This document shows positions 56,483-64,000 of a DNA stretch of 64,000 bases, in pieces (within the stretch, counting starts at the first letter, position 1; each line of letters begins with the position of its first letter). Origin of the DNA: Candidatus Norongarragalina meridionalis (GTDB lineage: Archaea; Micrarchaeota; Micrarchaeia; Norongarragalinales; Norongarragalinaceae); assembly GCA_902384935.1 (NCBI GenBank), contig CABMDO010000009.1, forward strand, positions 74,983 to 138,982. The letters are read 5' to 3'. The notes below the pieces were generated by a model. That model searched no databases. It worked only from the letters and a program-made list of their open reading frames with translations, and was not told the DNA's origin. The position numbers and the translations under genes are program-made.

Positions 56483-56934
56483 ATCAGAATCACCACTCCC
56501 GCGTCGACGAACCAGAGAACCACGTGCGCGACGTCCATCAGCGACGGCGCAGAGAAACCGACGTAAAGCGTGACGAACATGCGCAGGAGGTTGAACCCGA
56601 GAAGGAACGGAGTCCATATCAAGAACGCCCGCACGCGGCGTTTTTCCTCGACAGGCGTCGCCCACAGCAGCGCGAGCAGCAGGAACACCATCATCAGGCC
56701 CGTGCAGTCGGCGACTATCTCGAAGGGAAAGCCCTCGACGAAAAGAAGGGCTGCGTTCTGCGAAACCGCGAACCCGCCGGTTCGGAACATGGCGGCTTCG
56801 ACCGAAGCGACCGCATTCGTCGCTAATCCGATGTCGACGACGTGAATCAGGATATACGGGATTCCGAAGAGTAGCGCGAACTTAAGGACGAACTCGATTG
56901 GCGACGGTTTTTTCACGCGTGTTACCACGGGACT
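56449..56934 (-). CDS. polytopic membrane protein, possibly short archaeosortase/exosortase-family
   Basis: ~160 aa, 4-5 TM. IVADCTGLMMV ... NLLRMF resembles the exosortase Cys...NxxR catalytic region. Probable GTG start overlapping the carS stop. Confidence 0.3.
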   Translation of the reverse strand, partial: SPVVTRVKKPSPIEFVLKFALLFGIPYILIHVVDIGLATNAVASVEAAMFRTGGFAVSQNAALLFVEGFPFEIVADCTGLMMVFLLLALLWATPVEEKRRVRAFLIWTPFLLGFNLLRMFVTLYVGFSAPSLMDVAHVVLWFVDAGVVILIWMHEAEVVLW

Positions 56935-57449
56935 TTTTTCAGGCGCAGGCGATGCGCTATCACGTTGAAAAGATAGTGGAGCAGTATCGTCAGCACGAGT
57001 ATGAGCGCGAGCCCGTCCCATCCGAGCGCTTCGAACAGCGGCGGATAGACGAGCCACGCGAGGAACAGCCCGACGAGGATGAACGGCATCTGGTCTATGA
57101 CGAAGGACGACTCGCCGTCCTTTATGCCGAGCCTGCGCTTCAGGAAGCTGCCGAGCAAATCCCCGGCCATCGCACCGAACGCCATCGCGCCCACGAGCCA
57201 CATCTTCGTCGCGAACGACGCGTCGGGAAGATAGAGCCCGCTGAATAGGAGAACTGTCACCGCGCCCGCGGCTATTCCGAATGCGACGCCGCTGAGGAAC
57301 CCCTGAATCGTCTTTCCGTCGCCGAACAGCCGTCTTCCGTCGATGAACTTCCTGCCTCCGTCGATGCGCGGCCCGCCTCCGAACACCACGGGAACGCTGT
57401 TGGCGACGTAGGCGGGAAAAACAAGCAGGAGCAGGCCGAGAAGGTCCAT
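56922..57449 (-). CDS. carS: CDP-archaeol synthase
   Basis: PAYVANSVPVVFGGGPRIDGGRKFIDGRRLFGDGKTIQGF matches the CarS (DUF46) signature. 175 aa. Confidence 0.75.
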   Translation of the reverse strand: MDLLGLLLLVFPAYVANSVPVVFGGGPRIDGGRKFIDGRRLFGDGKTIQGFLSGVAFGIAAGAVTVLLFSGLYLPDASFATKMWLVGAMAFGAMAGDLLGSFLKRRLGIKDGESSFVIDQMPFILVGLFLAWLVYPPLFEALGWDGLALILVLTILLHYLFNVIAHRLRLKKVPW

Positions 57450-57483
57450 TGAGTTAATAAATCACCGGCGAGATATAAAAAGC

Positions 57484-58371
57484 ATGAAGCTTTCCCGTCC
57501 TCTCGTTTCGCTGATAGGTGTTTTCGCGCTTGCGCTGCTGCTGATAATCATCGTCGCGAATTCGGGGCTCGGAATGGGCGGCGGATGCGTCGGCGTGGTG
57601 CGCGTCGTCGGGGACATGACGTACGAAAAGGCGGGCATGTTCGGCGGAGGCGGCGTAACCGCGCAGGGGATTTCCGACGAAATCGCGAAGGCGGACGGCG
57701 ACGAGAACGTGAAGGCGATTTTCGTCGAGATAAACAGCGGCGGGGGAAGCGCCGCCGCGGCGAAGGAGATTTACGACGCGATCGCCGCTTCGAAGAAGCC
57801 TACGGTTGCATACCTCGAGGAAATGGCGGCGTCCGGGGGATACTACGCGGCGAGCGCGACGGATTACATAATAGCGAATCCGAACGCGATCACGGGGAAC
57901 ATCGGCGCGCGCATGGAAATCACGAATTATGAGGGGCTTTTCGAAAAGCTCGGCATAAGCACGGAAACGATAAAACGCGGGGAAATGAAGGACATCGGCA
58001 GCCCCACCAGGAATATGACGCCCGAGGAACGCGCCCTGCTGCAGCAGATAATCGACGAATCCTACATGAACTTCAGGCAGGATTTGGAAGCGGGACGGAA
58101 GGGGAGGCTCACCGCCGAATACGAAAAATCCAAGGACGCGAGGATTCTCTCGCCGCGCATGGCGCTGGGCATGGGGCTGATAGACGGAATAGGGAACCGC
58201 GAATTCGCCCTGAACAAGACGCGCGAGCTCGGCGCAATCGAGGGAACGGAAATATGCGACATGGCGCCGCCGAAGACGCTCGCCGACGTTTTCAGCGAAC
58301 TGAGCGCGTCGATAGGAAACGGAATCGCGTCTTCCGCGACGAACGGCGGCACCAGTTTGGACTACAAATAG
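57484..58371 (+). CDS. sppA: signal peptide peptidase SppA (S49 family)
   Basis: N-terminal TM, ClpP/crotonase fold blocks (INSGGGSAAAA, MAASGGYY). Confidence 0.75.
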   Translation: MKLSRPLVSLIGVFALALLLIIIVANSGLGMGGGCVGVVRVVGDMTYEKAGMFGGGGVTAQGISDEIAKADGDENVKAIFVEINSGGGSAAAAKEIYDAIAASKKPTVAYLEEMAASGGYYAASATDYIIANPNAITGNIGARMEITNYEGLFEKLGISTETIKRGEMKDIGSPTRNMTPEERALLQQIIDESYMNFRQDLEAGRKGRLTAEYEKSKDARILSPRMALGMGLIDGIGNREFALNKTRELGAIEGTEICDMAPPKTLADVFSELSASIGNGIASSATNGGTSLDYK

Positions 58372-58427
58372 GTTTAAATTGCGCGGCGCAGAACTTTCCC
58401 CAACGCAAAAAAAGAGGCGAGACCCAC

Positions 58428-58595
58428 ATGACCGTTGTCGGCGACGATTTCATACTGAATTGCAGGAACTGCTTCTCGAAGCACGGCTACGGCGTGAGGC
58501 TGAAGGCGAACGGCGGCACGATGATGTGCCCGCAGTGCCGCGAGGAATACGTAGTCAAGAGAGGATTCCTCGAGAATGTGACAGCCAGGCGTTAG
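58428..58595 (+). CDS. small zinc-ribbon protein
   Basis: 55 aa with CRNC...CPQC. Confidence 0.35.
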   Translation: MTVVGDDFILNCRNCFSKHGYGVRLKANGGTMMCPQCREEYVVKRGFLENVTARR

Positions 58596-59283
58596 CGGCG
58601 GAATAATAGCGGAACTTTTTCTCGTCATCCTTGAATTCGCCCGAGTGAACTGTTCGTCGCATGCTTTTTCCCCTCTGATAGAGGACGCGGTGCTTGCAGT
58701 GCAGCAATTCGTGATAGACCACGTACTCGACGACGAATTCCGGAACGCGCGGATTGTCTAGAGTCTTATTGATTACGATTTGCGAGAACGCGGAATCGTG
58801 GAAACCGAGAACGCGCGAACCGCGATGCGAAGACCAGACAACCGAGGGGGAAGGAATACCCGTGAAAATCTCGGCGTATTCGGTTCTGACGCGCGCCATT
58901 ATTTCCATCAGGTCGTACGCAGTTCCTCTCGCGTTTTCCTCCCGTTTTCTGCCCCGCCCCCTGCGCAGCGCATCGTGCAGATGCGAAACGCTTTCGCGCG
59001 AAACGAATTCGCGGTATTCGTCGACGTAAGGCGAGGAGATTTTCCTGCGGTAGATTTTCGACAGCAGCGAGAGCGCGAGCCCGACGAGAACGTCCCTCGA
59101 AGCCACGGCATAGCCGTCGCTCACCGACGCAAAAACATTTCCACTGCGCAGGCGCACGCTCGCGCCGAGCCCGGCGCGCCTGCGGAATCGCGCGTCGACG
59201 TGCGCATTTTCGCCGAGAATCGCCATTGCGGAGCAAAAAGCTTCCTGCAGCGCGGAGTTTTCCACGGAAAAAAAACCGCGCAA
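58555..59283 (-). CDS. DUF45/YgjP-like metal-dependent hydrolase (HExxH)
   Basis: WSSHRGSRVLGFH...INKTLDNPRVPEFVVEYVVYHELLH parallels the DUF45 WGSC...YVVvHELaHL block. TATA-like box ~25 nt upstream of the start. Confidence 0.45.
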   Translation of the reverse strand: MRGFFSVENSALQEAFCSAMAILGENAHVDARFRRRAGLGASVRLRSGNVFASVSDGYAVASRDVLVGLALSLLSKIYRRKISSPYVDEYREFVSRESVSHLHDALRRGRGRKREENARGTAYDLMEIMARVRTEYAEIFTGIPSPSVVWSSHRGSRVLGFHDSAFSQIVINKTLDNPRVPEFVVEYVVYHELLHCKHRVLYQRGKSMRRTVHSGEFKDDEKKFRYYSAANAWLSHSRGILS

Positions 59284-59299
59284 ACAAATATATACTCCG

Positions 59300-59640
59300 C
59301 TTGAATCATGAATTCATCACTTAACGGGGTGAAAACACATGGCAAAGAAAAAGAAGAAGAAGAAGAAATAATTCCGTTAAAGCGGAACGGAAATCGTAGT
59401 CTTGATTTTTCCCTCCCCTGTTTTTAGAAATTTTTGGAAAAGCTTAAATACTTCTTTTGTTTGATGAATTCGCCCTCACAAGGGCGGTGAAAACAATAAT
59501 GATGAAGAAGAAGAAGAAGAAATAAAGCAGATTTGTCCGCTGACGAATTCTGAAACTGTTGCCTTGATTCTCTTTCTTCTTTTTTATTTTTCGTCTCCCG
59601 CATGACGCATCCCCGAGATGCGTCGAACGGGGGTTCTTTC
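59300..59640. repeat. duplicated ~70-bp element with poly-lysine micro-ORFs and flanking hairpins
   Basis: Two copies of ATGAATTC-N10-13-GG(G/C)GGTGAAAACA-ATG-(AAG)n-AAATAA, encoding MAKKKKKKKK* (59339..59371) and MMKKKKKK* (59499..59525). Hairpins CGCCCTcacaaGGGCG and GACGCATCcccgaGATGCGTC. Confidence 0.5.
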
Positions 59641-59687
59641 TCCGTTTTCTGCAAGGTTTATATCGCGGAAGTTCCCGATATTATCTT

Positions 59688-61925
59688 ATGCCCGAATTCG
59701 CGGAACTACCGGAAACTATGCGGAAAATCCGCGTGCCCAGGGACCTCCACGAGTATCTTGACAGGATAGAGGATGCGGCAGGCGGGAACAGCACCGAGGC
59801 AATAGTAAACACGTCACTGCTTAGCGAATACGGCCCCGCGTCGACGCTGCATTTCCTCAGGCTCATCAAAAGCGCCAGAACCGTGCAGGGCGTGGAAGCC
59901 GCCGCCTCGCAGGCTACCATCATGCTCAAGCAGCTGAAGGAACTAAAGGAAATGGGCTTCAAAGACAAAACGCTCAGGGAACTTTATGCTCCGGTTTACA
60001 GGGAATACTTCGGAAGGGAGTCCACTTCCAAGGACAGGATCGAGAAATACATCGACAGGACGTTCGGCTTCATCGAGAGCAGGGACCCGCAGGTGCTATC
60101 GCTCACCGTGGACCAGTTGTACAGCAGGGCGTTCGGCGGAATCGCGGACGCTTTCGGGAGGGAAAACACGCGCGACGAAGCGCGCGCGCGGCTCGCAATA
60201 ACCCTGTCCGAGGCGGGGCTGCTGCCCGAAATGATTCAGAGCGGAATCGCGACAAACGGAATAGTCCGCGCCATGGAGCTCGCCGCAAAGAAAACTGGAA
60301 TCGGCATGACCGAAACCGTGCGCAACGAGGAGGGCGAAATCGAGGACAGACATCTTACCGGAAGGAAAATCGCTTCGATCCTGCTGAAGACGTCGCAGGC
60401 GCTGCCTGACCCGAGGAAACGCCTGATAATCGCCCTCAGGGTTTTCGAGAGCGGAGAAGAAGCGGCGAGAGCATTGGGCGAAACCGCCCTGAACGAGACG
60501 CTCGAAGACGAAAACAGCGTCATGGACGCGATCGGTTTGCTTAGGCAGACGGAAACTGAAGACAGCAGTAACCTTCTGTCGAACAGGATACGCAGCTCAT
60601 TCTCGAAACTCGAGGGGGAAGGGCGCGGCGAAACGCTGCGCAGGGCGATGGATGCGCTCGGCGAACTGGCGACTTCGGAAGTAAGCGGAGCGGTTCCGAA
60701 CGCAACGGCAGCCGCGGACACTATACGGAGCATAGTTCTCAAGGACGGGAAATACGTCTGGACCCACGACGAGGTACCACCAAAACGCAGGAAATTTCTG
60801 GGTTTGAAGTTAGGAAAGCATAAAACGCCGCCTAAGGCGATAGATTACCTTTTCAGCGCAATGGGAATACACGGAAACAACGAGACTTTCGCGAAAACCG
60901 CGTCGAACATATTGCGCGAGATGCCGGTCGAGGAGCTCATGCGCAGGGAAAGGTTCGAAGAATACGTTTATCCGATGCTCTCGACAATCGAAAGCAGGGC
61001 GAACTCCGATGAGCGAAAGGAACTCCTCAGGAAGTTCGGCAGGATACTCGCGCACGGGGACTTCCACAAGGGAATCGGGCGCTTCCTCACGAGCAGGCGC
61101 GGCGCGGAAACGACCAAGAGCATAGTGCACACGCTCAGCGATGTCGCCACGAAACCCAACGAAACGCCGACAAATGTGATGTGGTCGGTCGGGCTCATTC
61201 GCAGGGTAATGCTGAAGGCGCCGCGCATGCCCATGGACCCGACGACGAAGAAGAAGATAACGGACGCCATCACCGCGGGCATGACGAACAAGTCCGGCCC
61301 CGTGCACGTGCTCTCTTACAAGACCACCTACGACCTGGAATCCAAGATTCCGAAACTTAAATGGCTGAGCCACGACGTCGTGCCGAACTACAACAAGTTC
61401 GTGGAGATAACCCGGATAAATCCCCTGAGGCAGAAGATAGACGATCTGGAAGCCGAGATGCTGCTCAAGAAAAGGCGCATGGAAGAATTGGGCCCGGAGG
61501 CGGACGAAGCGAAGCTGCTGCGCGCCGAAAAGGAAACTCTCACCAAAAGGCTGCAGGAGACGCGCCAGATGCTGGCGGAGGAACACCAGGGGCATGCCGT
61601 CCTGCTGCAGATACTCGCGGGATTGAAGAAGCGCAAACTGTTTTCGCACACGGAAACGCCGACACTGAGCGAGGAAGGGAAAAAGCTCATCGACGACGAA
61701 CTGAGAATGCACGTGGAAGAGCTCGGAAGCGACATAATAAGGCAGGCGCACGAATACGTGAGAACCCAGCAGGGCAGGGAACTGAAGCTCAAGGAAATTC
61801 AGGAAGAACTCAGGGCGATGCAAGCGGTGCTCGCCGCCGCGCCGAAACCGTCGCGGAGGATTCCGCGCGGGGAAATCGCAGGTCTTAGGAAAGAACTGGA
61901 AGACCTTCTGAAAATCATCGGCTGA
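59688..61925 (+). CDS. large hypothetical protein with C-terminal coiled coil
   Basis: 745-aa ORF with balanced composition and no recognisable catalytic motif. The C-terminal ~150 aa are heptad-like and charged (KIDDLEAEMLLKKRRMEELG...). Confidence 0.5.
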   Translation: MPEFAELPETMRKIRVPRDLHEYLDRIEDAAGGNSTEAIVNTSLLSEYGPASTLHFLRLIKSARTVQGVEAAASQATIMLKQLKELKEMGFKDKTLRELYAPVYREYFGRESTSKDRIEKYIDRTFGFIESRDPQVLSLTVDQLYSRAFGGIADAFGRENTRDEARARLAITLSEAGLLPEMIQSGIATNGIVRAMELAAKKTGIGMTETVRNEEGEIEDRHLTGRKIASILLKTSQALPDPRKRLIIALRVFESGEEAARALGETALNETLEDENSVMDAIGLLRQTETEDSSNLLSNRIRSSFSKLEGEGRGETLRRAMDALGELATSEVSGAVPNATAAADTIRSIVLKDGKYVWTHDEVPPKRRKFLGLKLGKHKTPPKAIDYLFSAMGIHGNNETFAKTASNILREMPVEELMRRERFEEYVYPMLSTIESRANSDERKELLRKFGRILAHGDFHKGIGRFLTSRRGAETTKSIVHTLSDVATKPNETPTNVMWSVGLIRRVMLKAPRMPMDPTTKKKITDAITAGMTNKSGPVHVLSYKTTYDLESKIPKLKWLSHDVVPNYNKFVEITRINPLRQKIDDLEAEMLLKKRRMEELGPEADEAKLLRAEKETLTKRLQETRQMLAEEHQGHAVLLQILAGLKKRKLFSHTETPTLSEEGKKLIDDELRMHVEELGSDIIRQAHEYVRTQQGRELKLKEIQEELRAMQAVLAAAPKPSRRIPRGEIAGLRKELEDLLKIIG

Positions 61926-61962
61926 GCGGAACGGATTAATAAGCGGTTTGCGTAATACTTAC

Positions 61963-62240
61963 GGGGACGGCGGGTTGCACGGCTGTCGGTATCCTCCCGT
62001 CAAACGGAGGAGGCTGAGGAAGTTCCGCCCACCATTTGCGAGAGCAAAGTGTTAGATGCGCAAGCATCCCCGTCTAAGACGGGAGCGTGGAACAGAAACG
62101 AACCGCGCCGAGAGCAGGATGACGAACAGGACGTTTCTCGGAATGCGGATGAAACGCGCCGCGCTTGGTGCAAGTGCTTTACGCACGCTAAGTCGAATGC
62201 CGTGGACAACAGAAGGCGGGCTACGGACTCGCCGTCCCAC
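61963..62240 (+). ncRNA. rnpB: probable RNase P RNA (archaeal type A)
   Basis: ~278 nt between CDSs. Ends pair (GGGGACGGCG/CGCCGTCCC, P1), P3-like hairpin CCUCCCgucaaaCGGAGG. AGGAAGUUCCGCCCACC resembles the CR-I/P4 5' strand AGGAAAGUCCGGGCUCC. ACAGAAGGCGGGCUACGG resembles the P4 3' strand ACAGAAnnCGGCUUA. CCGCCC/GGCGGG can form P4. Confidence 0.55.
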
Positions 62241-62270
62241 TCATATTTTAATAGCGGAAGCGTTCTTTCT

Positions 62271-64000
62271 GCATGGCGCCCGACTCGATGCTCGCCGGGC
62301 GAGCATCCAACAAGGACGAGCTGCGTAAGGAATTCTCGAAGGAGTACAGGCAGCACTACGAGGTTCCGCTCTTCAAAAAGGAGGGTTTTTCGCGCTTCGT
62401 CTGCAAGAAATGCGGCAAGGGCTATTGGGCGCTTGAGGAAGGAGCGGACTGCGGCGATTCGTCGCACCGCGAATACTCGTTCTTCCGCGAGAAGCCGCGG
62501 CAGATGGGCTACGCCGAGTTCTGGAAGAAATTTGCCGACTTCTGGAAGAAGAATGGACACGAAGTCATACCGCGTTACCCCGTGCTGAGCAGGTGGCGCG
62601 ACGATTTGTATTTCACGATCGCGAGCATCGTCGACTTCCAGAGGCTTGAAGCGGGGCGAATCGTCTTCGAATATCCGACGAGCCCGCTGATGGTGCCGCA
62701 AATCTGCCTGCGCTTCCCCGACATCGCCAACATCGGCGTCACCGGAAGGCACATGTCGTGCTTCATGATGGCGGGGCAGCATTCTTTCGGAAAGGAGGGA
62801 TACTGGCGCGACAGGTGCTTGGAGCTTAACTACGGCTGCCTGAAGGACGTGCTCGGAATAGACAAGAAGAAGCTGACGTACACCGAGGACGTTTGGAACA
62901 TGCCGGACTTCAGCGCGTTCGGGCCGTGCATCGAGTCCTTCGCCGACGGCTCGGAGCTTGTGAACAGCGTATTCATGCAGTTCTATCTCGACGGAACGCA
63001 GAAGAAAGAGCTGCCGACGCGGGTAATCGACGTGGGCTGGGGTTTCGAACGGTTGCTGTGGTATTACACCGGCGCGCGGACGATATACGATGCGTCGTTC
63101 CCGAGGGAAATCGAATTCATGAAGAAGGGAGCGGGAGTGCACGACACCCCGCTTTTCTCCCGCTATGCCGCGCTCAGCGCCGGGCTTGACGTGGAATCGG
63201 TGCACGACCTGCGCGAGGAGCGCGAAAAAATCGCGAAGAAGCTCGGAATAACGCTGAAGGAGATGGAGGACACGATTGCGCCGACGCAGGGCATTTACGC
63301 TATCGCCGATCACTCGCGCACGCTGCTGTTCGCGCTTACCGACGGCGCGCTTCCTTCGAACACCGCGGGCGGCTATAATTTGCGCGTCCTCGCTCGCCGA
63401 GCGTTCTCGTTCATGGACGAGTACGGTTTTGATTTCGATCTGATGCGCATCATGGAGATGCACGCCGAGGATTTGGCGCCGCTTTTCCCGGAACTTTCCG
63501 AGGGCTTGGATTCGGCGCAGAGGATAATGGACGAGGAAAGGCGGAAATACGCGGAAAGCATGGTGAAGGCGAGGCGCATCGCGGGCGAAATAGTGGCGAA
63601 AGGCGGCGAGATAAACGCCGAAAAGATGGCGACGCTCTACGAGAGCAACGGCGTCACTCCGGAGATTCTCGAGAAAGCCGCGCTGCAGGCCGGAAAGCCC
63701 ATCCGCGTCTCGACGGATTTCTACGGGAAGCTGACGAACAAACACATCATGGAAAAGCAGGAGAAGGAAAAGGTGGAAATCGACGCACCGGCGACGGAAT
63801 TGCGCTACTACGAAACCGACAAGCTCGAAGGAGACGCCAAGATCGTCGCCGTCGGCAAGGACTGGGTTGCTCTTGACGGAACGCTCTTCTATCCGGAAGG
63901 CGGCGGGCAAACCGCGGATCACGGCTGGATAAACGACGCGGGCGTCAAAGACGCGCAGAAAAAAGGGGGAGTCGTCCTACATTATGTCGGGCAGCATTCG
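62271..64000 (+). CDS. alaS: alanine--tRNA ligase (archaeal type), 3' partial at window end
   Basis: Hand translation: MAPDSMLAGRASNKDELRKEF...RWRDDLYFTIASIVDFQ...GVTGRHMSCFMMAGQHSFG...WGFERLLWYY matches the archaeal AlaRS N-terminal catalytic domain. Open to the window end, hence absent from the ORF track. Confidence 0.75.

Noticed and set aside
59339-59525. Poly-Lys micro-ORFs as ribosomal protein L41e-like genes
   Set aside because: L41e is ~25 aa of mixed Arg/Lys. These are 7-10 aa homopolymeric Lys runs inside a duplicated element, so they are treated as a repeat or candidate leader peptides rather than ribosomal proteins.
62000-63922. 640-aa minus-strand ORF (and nested 62049..62588 on the + strand)
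   Set aside because: Extremely Arg-rich and low-complexity. It lies antisense to the well-supported alaS CDS and over the putative RNase P RNA, a typical high-GC shadow ORF.

Overview
This window reads as a high-GC (~60%) archaeal chromosomal segment. Archaeal hallmarks are DnaG primase, RadA, Hjc, NreA, an HMf-type histone, a RecJ/GAN-like DHH nuclease, CarS, archaeal-type DTD, LonB-like ATPases, a tRNA-Arg and a probable RNase P RNA. The lineage is probably TACK/Aigarchaeota-like, but that is low confidence. Genes are dense on both strands, and many long Arg-rich antisense shadow ORFs were discarded. Metabolic blocks are NAD biosynthesis (nadE-nadC-nadD), an ECF transporter with the riboflavin regulator/kinase RbkR, thiamine (ThiN-fusion, thiL, thiC), UDP-GlcNAc (glmS-HAD-glmU-glmM), folate/thymidylate (glyA-thyX-folC), and purH.

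The most notable system is a compact eukaryote-like ubiquitin toolkit at 19.8-23.0 kb. It has E1 (ThiF/UBA-like), E2 (UBC fold with an HPN...C motif), a beta-grasp Ub-like protein ending in Gly-Gly, a RING-type zinc finger (candidate E3), a JAMM/MPN+ isopeptidase and a disordered accessory ORF. A second JAMM protein and a eukaryote-like tandem AN1 zinc-finger protein lie elsewhere in the window.

Other unusual items:
- A LonB N-terminal fragment fused to an intein N-fragment-like Hint module, a candidate split intein, plus a protease-less LonB-like ATPase.
- A PAS-GAF-GGDEF protein with a degenerate YGDEF motif and an HD-GYP protein, unusual in archaea.
- A repeat-dense non-coding island carrying an RHH gene.
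- A duplicated element with poly-lysine micro-ORFs.
- A TRAM protein with RGG repeats encoded by a 27-bp tandem duplication.
- Several large uncharacterised proteins.
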